A DNA stretch of 64,000 nt from Okamejei kenojei (GCA_035221665.1 CM069168.1:6324001-6388000), one strand, 5' to 3'. Shown: positions 51,194 through 61,505, counted from the first letter of the stretch. Program-made: numbers and translations. Notes: a model not told the origin generated them from the sequence alone.

Positions 51194-51894
51194 TTCTCCA
51201 CCCCCAGCCTACACACATTTTTCCCCACAACCCCTGTCAATCTGTTCCTTTCCCCTCCTCATGTCATCAGAGCAGAATTTGGCCATTAGGTCCATTGAGT
51301 TTACTCCACCATTTCAAGCATGGCAGATCTATCTTTTCCTCTGAACCCCATTCTCCTGCCATCTCCCAGTAATGCTTGACACCCTTACTCATCACAAATC
51401 TTGTCAATCTCCACTTTATGGGGAGAAAGCTGGAGAATGGGGCTGAGAGGGAAATGTAGATCGACCATGATTAAATGGCAGAGTAGACTTGATGGGCCGA
51501 ATGGCCTAATTCAGCTCTTACACTTTGTGAACATGAAAAATACCCAATGACGTGGCCTCCACAGCCGCCTGTGGCCTCCTCCTTCTGCTCATTTCTCACT
51601 TTTATTTAGCTCTCAGGGCTAACGGAATCAAGGGATATGGGGAGAAAGCAGGAACGGGGTACTGATTTTAGATTGAATGACAGTGCTGGATCGAAGGGCT
51701 GAATGGCCCACTCCTGGACCTGTTTTCTATGTTTTCCCCTCGTCCAACATATCGTGTGAGATTGTGCAGGGGGTTGATGCCGTATCAACTGGAGTAGTGT
51801 GTACACTTTCAGCCCCCTTATTGTCCTCTCTCTGCTCAAGGCCCACAGTTGCCCTCGAGTGGCCAACAAAGGCACTGCAATTTTGTTCACAAAA

Positions 51895-52295
51895 CAATTG
51901 TCAGAGGGCAGCCAAACACAAATTGGAGGAATGGCACCTCATATTTCACGTGGGCTGCTTACAACCCAGTGGTATGAATATCGATTTCTCTAACTTCAAG
52001 TAACCCTTGAATCCCTTCGCTCTCCATCCCTCCCCCACCCTAGTCATTGTACTAGTTTCACTGTCGTCCTGGTGAGTTTTAATGTCTACAACTCATTTTC
52101 ACTGACCCACATGCAACAATGGCCTTTTTTCTTGATTATCATAACTTTTTTTGCATATTTTACATTCATTTCTTCTATATCACCGTCTATATCTCGTTTC
52201 CCTCTCCATTGACTCTCAGTCTGAAGAAGGGTCTCGACCCAAAACGTCACGTATCCCTTCTGTCCAGCGATGCCGTCTGTCCCGCTGAGTTTACT
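51895..52295 (+). mobile_element. Penelope 3' remnant with terminal repeat
   Basis: KLEEWHLIFHVGCLQPSGMNIDFSNFK* followed by the CTGAAGAAGGGTCTCGACCC terminal motif. Confidence 0.8.
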
Positions 52296-52686
52296 TTAGT
52301 TTAGAGATACAGCGCGGAAACAGGCCCTTCGGTCCACCGAGTCCTCAGCAACCAGCGATCCCCGCACATTAACACAATTCTACACACACGAGGGACAATT
52401 TACACCGATACCAAGCCAATTAACCTGCACGTCATGGAGTGTGGGAGGAAACTGAAGATCAGCACCCCTAGTCGGGATCGAACCTTGGTCTCCGGGCTCT
52501 ACCGCTGCGCCACTGTGCCGCCCATGACTTTCTCCAGCATTTTGTGTCTATCTGAGGAACTGAGCAGGTCAAGCAGCATCTGTGGAAGCAAAGTATCCAC
52601 CATCCTTTCGCTCCACACATGTTCAGCAGTTTGGTTTTTACTCCAGATTCTAGCATCTGCAATTTTGTATCACCACAAAGAGACAT

Positions 52687-52827
52687 CTTCTTCTTCCTGC
52701 GTACAGCGTGCACAGCCTAAAGTTGTAGGACAACTTGTTCTATTTGATCTTATTTGATTGTGCACGCCGGGTTGATTGCATTCGTCGAAACAGGGCGGAC
52801 CACCCGATGGTTGCAATCTCCAACCCC
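52687..52827 (-). mobile_element. Short non-autonomous retroelement with HDV-like ribozyme head (52827-52774) and (AAG)n tail, copy B
   Basis: Perfect 13-bp TSD CACAAAGAGACAT (52674-52686, 52828-52840); same fold as copy A. Confidence 0.82.
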
Positions 52828-53084
52828 CACAAAGAGACATGATTCTACTTAATGTGTCGAAAGAACTGCAGATGCTGGTTTAAATCGAAGGTAGACACAA
52901 AATGTTGGAGTAACAGGCAGCATCTCTGAAGAGAAGGAATGGGTGACGTTTCGGGTCAACACCCTTCTTCTCACTGGTTCCACTTAATCATATTAAAAGC
53001 ACTAACTAAATAGTTAATGAGCTCTCTGAACCGCCAACTAAATATTTCCAGCTATCTAGATATTTTTAAAGGAAAACCTTTTTG

Positions 53085-53345
53085 GGCGACATGGTGCCGC
53101 AGAGGTAGAGTTGCTGCCTCACAGCGCTGGAGACCCATGTTCGATCCTGACTACAGGCGCTGTCTGTATGGAGTTTGTACATTCTCCCTGTGACCTGCGT
53201 GGGCTTTCTCCGAGATATTCGGTTTCTTCCCACACTCCAAAGACACACAGGTTTGTAGGTTAATTGGCTTGGTATGAATGTAAATTTGGCCCTAGTGTGT
53301 ATGGGATAGTGTTAATGTGCGGGGATCGCTGGTCTGTGCAGACCC
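53085..53345 (+). mobile_element. tRNA-derived V-SINE
   Basis: A box, GTTCGATCC B box, V core. Confidence 0.85.
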
Positions 53346-54487
53346 AGTGTTTGTGTCAGTGGTGTAGTCTGTGCAGACTACACCAAAACTATAGGTAGAC
53401 ACAAAATGCTGGAGTAACTCAGTGGGACAGGCAGCATCTCTGGAGAGAAGGAATGGGTGACGTTTTGGGTCGAGACCCTTCTTCAGACCTCTTGACCTGA
53501 AACGTCACCCATTTTGTGTCTACCCTCGATTGAAACCAGCATCTGCAGTTCTTTCTTAAACCAAAACTATTGCGGATTGTGGTCAAGGATGATTTCTCTC
53601 CAGTCTATGAGTGAAACAGACTGCTGATTTTCGTCAACTACTAGTTTCACGGCCATGATTCATCTCCTTTCATAATCTCGATGTCCCCAACCACTTTGGA
53701 AATTAAGGACCTCTCTGTGGTCAAGATGGGGAGGAACGGGGTACTGATTGGGGATGAGCAGCCATGATCACATTGAATGGCGATGCTGGCTCGAAGGGCC
53801 AAATGGCCTACTCCTGCACCTATTGTCTATTGTCTATTGCAATGTGGGAAATGCAGCATCACAAAATCAATCGAGATAAATGAGGAGATTTTTAATTTTA
53901 ATTTTATTTTCCCCTTTATGTTAGAAAAGTTTACAAGGCCACTATCTTGGGAAGATTTTTCCTTACCATGGCACCCTGGGATATTTTACGTGTGGGTGAA
54001 GAAGACATGGTCACAAATTAACAGTAGTTCTGACAGTGCAGTAATCTTACAATGCAAAGGTAGACACAAAATGCTGGGGTAACTCAGCGGGTGAGGCAGC
54101 ATCTAACTTCACCCATTCCTTTTCTCCACAGATGTTGCCTCACCCACTGAGTTACCCCAGCATTTTGTGTCTACCTTCAATTTTATCCAGCATCTGGAGT
54201 TCTTTCTCACACATCTCTCAATGCAAAATGGATTGTGTGTTCTTTGAGTTGGAGTTGACTCCAGAGCTTTAATAGTGAGGTGGATCCCACTCAACAACTG
54301 TCATACGTCCACCGATGCTTCAGACAGATGATCTGTAGGATCCAGAGAGCAATTACAAATTCAACAGTCATGGGTGAATGTCCAGCTTTTACCCAGTTTA
54401 AAGTGATGATAACAGTGCAATAAATCTGTTTGCCCAAGGCCTTTCATTCAGGTGCTCTGTGTGTTTCTACAGTGTGAACTCAGCTGA

Positions 54488-54574
54488 TCAAGCATTCCTC
54501 TCCTGTGGTGGAATGTACTCCAATCCAAAATGTGCAAATATTTCTTCTTCTGTGGCAGCTGGCAAATATATATT
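54488..54574 (-). CDS. POLM: DNA polymerase mu last coding exon (NIYLPAATEEEIFAHFGLEYIPPQERNA*)
   Basis: Hand-translated; canonical EEEIF..LGL.Y..P.ERNA terminus; TTTCAG|AAT; TGA at 54490-54488; 87 nt. Confidence 0.92.
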   Translation of the reverse strand, partial: NIYLPAATEEEIFAHFGLEYIPPQERNA

Positions 54575-54620
54575 CTGAAATAAAGAAGAAATGTATTCTG
54601 AAATATGGAAGAAAAAAATA

Positions 54621-55430
54621 TTTCTTTCTTTTCTTTTAAAATCTTTTTATTCGTTTTTTTTCAAAAACAAAAAACAAGACAACAAAATAATGGTAAACAT
54701 AACAATGATATTGATACATAAGGATCAGAGTTACATTAATAACAGGTATAACCTAAATATGAGTCCAGTGTCAAAATACACATTGGGTATAGACCTCCCG
54801 GTCTCTATGTAATTATGGTTTGGTGTTTAAAAGAGAACTTATATATATAAAAACAAATAGATAAAAAGAAAAAAAAAGAAAAGAGAAAAAAGGAAAGAAC
54901 AAAACCCCCCTAAACTAGAAAAAAAAGCAAAACAGAATCTGAGCTGCAAAGAATTTCAACAATTTAAGTCCCTGTTTGTCGTCAAGCCCATTTCACCGCA
55001 TAAAGGTAAAATAATTATTATAACAGTTGGAGAGGGGACAATTTATGTCGTATGAAAATGTTGAATAAATCTTCCCCAAGTCCTATCAAATTTAACCAAG
55101 GGTTCAACAAAGTCACTCCTAATTTTTTCTAACTTTAAACATGATATCGTTTCAGAGTACCAATGTAGTGCGGTCGGAGGATTAGTCTTTCCATTTAAAT
55201 AAAATAGATCTTCTGGCAATTAATGTGGTAAAAGCAATCAGCCGATGGGCGGAGCGGGACAGATGAATAGAATCTAACATTGGTAGCCCAAAAATTGCAG
55301 TAAAAGCATGAGGTTGTAAATCAATACCTAAAACTACAGAAATAGTATCAAAAATTTATTTCCAATATTTTTCCAAAAGTGGGCAGGACCAAAACATATG
55401 TCAATGAGGCCACTTCAGAATTCAAATTCT
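54621..55430 (-). mobile_element. L1/Tx1-type LINE 3' fragment in POLM last intron
   Basis: Minus-strand MFWSCPLLEKYW...ARRSILFKWK...LEKI...W..FI C-terminal motifs; T-rich 3'UTR; AATAAA (54651-54646) and A-rich tail. Confidence 0.8.
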
Positions 55431-55577
55431 GTTTAAACAATTAGCATTATTTACAAAGTCAGAAAAATAGCAAAAAATACATGAAAGTTCTAGATAGAGT
55501 GGATGTGGCGAGGATGTTTCCAGTAGTGAGAGTCTCGGATCAGAGAGAATAGCCTTAAAATAAAGGACGTAGCTTTA

Positions 55578-55812
55578 AGGGCCTGTCTCACTTGCCAATT
55601 TTGCCAGCGGCATTTCAGTGTCGCCAAAAGATTTTGAACATTTCAAAATCCAGCGGCAACAAAAAAAATGTTGTGACACATGAGGAAACACCGCGCGTCA
55701 TACGTCATCACGCCGCGGCACATGTCATCACGCCGCGTAATTTTCAGTGACCTGATACGTCAGTCAATGATGCCGGCAGTCGCTGAAAAAATCGCCAAGC
55801 GGGACAGGCCCT
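55578..55812. mobile_element. PIF/Harbinger-type MITE nested in a CR1 fragment
   Basis: TIRs AGGGCCTGTCTCACTTG / CAAGCGGGACAGGCCCT; TTA TSD; CR1 sequence resumes across the insertion. Confidence 0.85.
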
Positions 55813-56084
55813 TTAGAATGAAGAAGAGGAGGAATCTCTTTAGCCAGAGGGTGGCAGATCTGTGGAATGCATTGCCACAGATGGTTGTGGAGGCCAAGTG
55901 ATTGGGTATGTTTAAAGCAGAGATTAATAGGTTCTTGATTAAGGGCATCAAAGTTTATGGGGAGAGAATGGCAGGAGAATGGGGTTGAGAGGGTAAAATA
56001 GATCAGACATGATCAAATGGCAGAGCAGACTCAATGGGCCGAATGGCCTAATTCTGCTCCTACTTCTAATGAACTGATTTCCAT

Positions 56085-56776
56085 GTTGGGCGGTGTGGGC
56101 AGGTTGGGCGGTGTGGGCAGGTTGGGCGGTGTGGGCAGGTTGGGCGGTGTGGGCAGGTTGGGCGGTGTGGGCAGGTTGGGCGGTGTGGGCACGTTGGGCG
56201 GTGTGGGCAGGTTGGGCGGTGTGGGCGGTGTGGGCAGGTTGGGCGGTGTGGGCAGGTTGGGCGGTGCGGGCAGGTTGGGCGGTGCGGGCAGGTTGGGCGG
56301 TGTGGGCAGGTTGGGCGGTGTGGGCAGGTTGGGCGGTGTGGGCACGTTGGGCGGTGTGGGCAGGTTGGGCGGTGTGGGCAGGTTGGGCGGTGTGTGGGCA
56401 GGTTGGGCGGTGTGGGCACGTTGGGCGGTGTGGGCACGTTGGGCGGTGTGGGCAGGTTGGGCGGTGTGGGCAGGTTGGGCGGTGTGGGCAGGTTGGGCGG
56501 TGTGGGCACGTTGGGCGGTGTGGGCAGGTTGGGCGGTGTGGGCACGTTGGGTGGTGTGGGCACGTTGGGCGGTGTGGGCAGGTTGGGCGGTGTGGGCAGG
56601 TTGGGCGGTGTGGGCAGGTTGGGCGGTGTGGGCAGGTTGGGCGGTGTGGGCACGTTGGGAGTTGGGCGGTGTGGGCAGGTTGGGCGGTGTGGGCAGGTTT
56701 GGGCGGTGTGGGCAGGTTGGGCGGTGTGGGCAGGTTGGGCGGTGTGGGCACGTTGGGCGGTGTGGGCACGTTGGGC
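56085..56776 (+). repeat. 18-bp minisatellite (GTTGGGCGGTGTGGGCAG)n, ~38 units
   Basis: Direct tandem repeat with CAG/CAC unit variants. Confidence 0.97.
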
Positions 56777-56878
56777 CGAAGCAACCTCTAGTGGAAACAT
56801 CCTCTCCACATCCACTCTATCCAGGCCTTTCACTATTTGGTAAGTTTCAATGATGTCCCCCTCATCCTTCTAAACTCT

Positions 56879-56888
56879 AGAGAGAGAG

Positions 56889-56953
<65 letters not shown>
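56879..56953 (+). repeat. (AG)n(AC)n compound microsatellite
   Basis: Seen directly. Confidence 0.95.
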
Positions 56954-56957
<4 letters not shown>

Positions 56958-57417
56958 CCGGCACATCGGTGCGGGCCGAGACCAGAAGCAGGGTAAAGGA
57001 TAACATCTAACGGGTCATGGCAGCTATCGAAAAAGTACAGGAATGGTAAGGGTGAAATTTTTAAAACACATCCAAAGGAAATAGATGTTGAACATAAAAA
57101 AATGGGCCAGCAATTGCTCTGTGTCCGTGTCGGAGGGAGGGGGAAGGGGTTTGAGTTCCTGTTTCCCCTGACTCAATCTGAAGACGGATCTCGACTCGAA
57201 ATGTCATCTATTCCTTTTGTCCAGAAATGCCGCCCGACCCGCTGCATTTTGTGTCCATCCTTTAATCTCTCAGCTGATATAGCAAAATCGCCCTGAATTA
57301 GCTTGACGCCATGACGGAAGCCGGTTACGGAAATGGTGCTGAAGATTACCCATCACCTACTACAGCTTTTTCGCGGAGTGAACCATCTTGCTCCGCTCTA
57401 AGATCTTTGCTTCCTAC

Positions 57418-57501
57418 CTGCTCATTGTCAAACAAAGAATGGCTGCTCAGACTCATGTTCTTTAAGTGCTTGGCATATCTGCGCAGGTCTCGTTCAAAGA
57501 G
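57418..57501 (-). CDS. POLM: DNA polymerase mu penultimate exon (LFERDLRRYAKHLKNMSLSSHSLFDNEQ)
   Basis: TTGCAG|CTC and CAG|GTAGG; 84 nt; thumb-domain helix typical of Pol mu/TdT. Confidence 0.9.
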
Positions 57502-58688
57502 CTGCAAGACAGCAGGAAACAAGCCATTTAAAATCACATTAAAAATGGAGTTATTCCCCAATAAGTTGAATAAATCTCTGCATCTGTTTCACTGCATTTC
57601 CAGAATATACACGTTGTTGTCTTTTTATTCCAACCATAAAGAAGGGTCTCAACCCGAAACATCACCCATTCTTTCTCTCCAGAGATGCTGCCTGTCCCGC
57701 TGAGTTAGTCCGCCATTTTATGAATATAGAGATAGGGGTAGCGAATGGGCTACACCAATGATAATCAACTGGTACACTCTTTGTGTAGCTTTTAGTACGT
57801 CCCAAAAGCTGCTGGATGTTGGAGACCCTGTTGCTTCTCTCCAGAGATGCTGCCTGTCCCTCTGAGTTACTCCAGCATTTTGGGTCTATCTTCAGTGTAA
57901 ACCAGCATCTGCAGATCCTTCCTACACATTTGCCAGTCTTGGACAGATTGTGTTTTGGGTTGGGACCCTTCTTCAGTGCCGAGAAACCAAAATATGGTCT
58001 GTCCACTCTCTCCACGTGTGCTGCCTGACCCACCGAGTTCCTCCAGCACTTTGTTTTTTGCTCAGGTTTCCAGCATCTGCAGGCTACTGGGTCCCCAGTT
58101 GCCAGCCATCCATCAACCCCTGCTCATGTAGTGCCCTAGCTTTAATAAAATAGTTAATCTTCAGCTAAAAACAGAAGCCCTTTTAGAAGAGATGTGCATA
58201 TTACATTCAAATGGTATCTCCCGGGTGTCTGCTGGCATGTATGAGGGGTGCTGATAGTCTGTAGTTTCCTGACATTCCAGCTCATATCAGGCAACTCATT
58301 TCGGACGGATGTGCAGGAAAGAACTGGTTTACATCAAAGAGAGACACAAAATGCTGGAGTAACTCAGCGGGACAGACAGCATCCATAGAGAAGGAATGGG
58401 TGACGTTTCAGGTCAAGACATCTGAAGGAGGTCTCGACCCGAAATGTCACCCATTCCTTCTCACCAGAGATGCTGCCTGTCCCGCTGAGTTACTCCAGCA
58501 TTTTGTGTCTATCTTCATTTCAGAAGGATCCAATTTCATTTAAGATGGGCCCCGAACGGAAACGTCCTCTCTCCATGTTCTCCAGAGATGCCACCTGACC
58601 CTCTGATCAATCTAATTCAGAAATGAAGAATTTGGTTTACGTTCTCTGAAATAAACCGGGGTGTCTCACTCTGTTTATTTATACTTAC

Positions 58689-59018
58689 CCGTGAACCCGT
58701 CCATCCCAACAACGCATAAGCGTACTGGCTGAAGGGGGCAACGACCAGGTCCACTCTCACGGCCTTCCAGTCTTTGTCGCCTGCCGCAGCAGCGGTAACC
58801 TGGTGAGAGGCGTCAGTCGCAGCAGTAAGACCACCTCCCCGAGTCTGGTTCCCAGCCAAGGGGTCGCAAAGGCTCAGCGTCCCAGCTCCCAAATTATTTA
58901 CCAACTCCTTCTCCAGTTTGAAGATAGAGAAGCATTTTTCAAAGTGATCAAAAATCACAGGCTCCGTGCTCTTCCCTTTAGGAGTGTTGCCCATGATGTC
59001 ATCGTACAATATCAGACC
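58689..59018 (-). CDS. POLM: DNA polymerase mu exon (GLILYDD...DHFEKCFSIFKL...WKAVRVDLVVAPFSQYAYALLGWTGSR)
   Basis: Loop1, third catalytic Asp (RVDL) and LLGWTGS motifs; TTTCAG|GGT and CGG|GTAAG; 330 nt. Confidence 0.9.
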
Positions 59019-59272
59019 CTGAAATAATCGCAAAGCAGAATTTTAAGGTAAAAGCGTTTCACATTTTCTCTCCTCTCGGGTGCTTGTCACCATGAGAAAT
59101 ATCTGACTTGTTGATAACTTTCATTAAGAATCTGGCTGTTAGGGTGAACGAGATTCAGCAACAATACTTCTTAAGCTGTGTTAATAATTCTACAAGGCTT
59201 TCATTATTAACTTACAAGGCTTTGCAACCTATTCCTTCAAATCTTCTTAAACAAATCTTAACATGAAGATAG

Positions 59273-59448
59273 ACAAAAATGCTGGAGAAACTCGGCTGGT
59301 GAGGCAGCATCTAGGGAGCGAAGGAAATAGGCAACGTTTCGGCCCGAAACGTTGCCTATTTACTTCGCTCCATAGATGCTGCCTCACACGCTGAGTTTCT
59401 CCAGCATTTTTGTCCACCTTCGATTTTCCAGCATCTGCAGTTCCTTCT
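59273..59448. mobile_element. Penelope-derived fold-back insertion in POLM intron
   Basis: Inverted arms around TTTCGGCCCGAAA; 15-bp TSD TTAACATGAAGATAG. Confidence 0.82.
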
Positions 59449-59855
59449 TTAACATGAAGATAGTTGGGGGGGAAAAGCATACACGAAACATTAAAATCAA
59501 GATGGTTTTGCGGGGTTTGACACTGTTACTAAAAGTGAGGCACAAATTGAGTCAGAGGACTGCAGAATCAGGGGGAACATAGTTGCAGAAAGTTGCTGAG
59601 ATGATGCGAGTTTTACTCTCAAATGCTTCGAGAGATCAGAGGAAGGTACAGGTCACCAGTGATGCTCAGCAAGGTTGGAATTCTGACCGCCATATTTTAA
59701 ACAGTTTGAAACTTGATTAGGATGTTAAGTATGGACAAGTAAGTGAAAATTATCAAGTCTAATGATAACAAAAGCACAGATAAGAGACCTTAGGTAGACA
59801 AAAAGCTGGAGAAACTCAGCGGGTGAGGCAGCATCTAAGGAGCGAACGAATGGGT

Positions 59856-59883
59856 GACGTTTCGGGTCGAGACCCTTCTTCAG
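59856..59883 (-). ncRNA. Minimal hammerhead ribozyme core, sense to POLM intron
   Basis: Reverse complement CUGAAGAAGGGUCUCGACCCGAAACGUC. Confidence 0.65.
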
Positions 59884-61402
59884 ACTGTCAGCTTTCTGTC
59901 TAACTTCAATTTTTCCAGCATCTGCAGTTCTTTCTGAAAGTTAAGAGACCTTGTTGCACAGGGATAGACATGGCAGTCAGTAATGTTATGGAGGTGAATA
60001 TAAGTATTGAGAAATAGAAAGAGGGTGTTTGGAGTGAAGGTTAAGATTAAACTAGGTTTCACCTACACTAATTCAGCTCAAGAAAGGGGGCAGGGTGGTG
60101 AGGACAGAAATTGGGAATAAAGTTTGTGGAAAAAACACCAAAAGCATGGGCCCCCTACAGCTATCCTAACATCAATCAGTTATGTTAAAGTCATAGTCAC
60201 ACAGCACAGAAATAGGCCCTTCGGCCCAACCTGTCCATGTTGACCAGGATGCCCCATCTACAGTAGTACTACCTGCCCATATCGCTCTAAACTTTTCCTA
60301 TCCATATACCTTCTCCAAATGTCTTTTAAATGTGCTAGTACCAGCTTCACCTACCTCCTCTGGCACCTCCTTGCATACACTCACCACCCCCCTGCTAAGA
60401 TTTGTTGGATAACTTCATCCAAAATGGTGGAATAAAGATAAAGCAGATCAAAAATTAAGAGGTGGGGCGATATCCTATTATACCACCAAGTTATTACTTG
60501 AGATGAGTAGAGTTCGGCAATATTACCCAGAATAGATTAAATCACGATCAAGGGAATTTTAAAAAAATGAGCAAAAATACGCTTGGACAAATCTGAAGAA
60601 GGGCAGCACATGGGTGCAGCGGTAGAGTTGCTGTTTCACAGCTCCAGAAACCTGGGTTCAATCCTGACTACGGGTGCTGTCTGTACGGAGTTTGTACATT
60701 CTCCGTGTGACCGCGTGGGTTTTCTCCGGATGCTCCAGTTTCCTCCCACATTCCCAAGACTTGCAGGTTAATTAGCTTTTGAAAATTGACCCCAGTGTGT
60801 AGGATGAAACAAGTGTATGGGTGATCATTGGTTGGCACAGAGGCGGTGGGCCACTTTCTACATTGTATCTCCATACTACACTAAACCAAGATAATTTTGC
60901 ACAAATTAATCCCCAACTAAGCATGCTGGCCACAGGGCGAATGTACAAACTCCATACAGACAAGCACCCGTAGTCAGGATCAACCCCAGGTCTCTGGAGC
61001 TGTAAGGCAGTAGTTCTACCTCATTGCGGACATTGGACTTTATCTCAGGAACTTTTGCACTACAATGCCGAGAACTGTATTTTGCACTCTGTGTCTTCCC
61101 CTTTACTCTCTGTATTTGACAATAATATTCAGATTTAATTGGACTGTATATAAAACAGAGCTATTCACTATACCTCTGTACACATGACAATAATAGACCT
61201 AAACAGACTCTAAATTTACACTGTATTTCGCAGCATGCTCTTCACAAGCTTTGGGATTATTAACTCATTTCAAGCAAAGATTGGATCTCACTCCCTTGGA
61301 TGTGGCTAAAGAATAGTTTGGATATGCTTCCAGATCAAGGTGGTTGAACTTTCAATTATCCACTGGACATTGCCAATGTTGGTAAAAATCTACCAGTCCT
61401 AC

Positions 61403-61505
61403 CTTGGTGGTCATCCAATTAACCACTTGGTAAATAATACCCTCCTCTTTGCCTTCATCTGGGTGTGTTATGAGAAGGTCAACATCGTGACCACACTCCT
61501 TCCCC
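61403..61505 (-). CDS. POLM: DNA polymerase mu internal exon with catalytic GHDVD motif (RGKECGHDVDLLITHPDEGKEEGIIYQVVNWMTTK); upstream exons lie beyond the window
   Basis: Pol X motif G.DVD.LITHP; ATCAG|G and AAG|GTAGG; 103 nt. POLM rather than DNTT from ITHP, VRVDLVVAP, xSH and linkage to NUDCD3. Confidence 0.88.

Noticed and set aside
55948-56853. Long ORFs (PTCPHR, GGVGRL, WAGWAV repeats) on both strands
   Set aside because: Artefact of an 18-bp stop-free minisatellite inside a POLM intron; not CRISPR either, since there are no spacers
54488-61505. Calling the polymerase DNTT (TdT)
   Set aside because: ITHP, VRVDLVVAP, xSH (not DNH) and linkage to NUDCD3 favour POLM; not fully excluded without phylogeny
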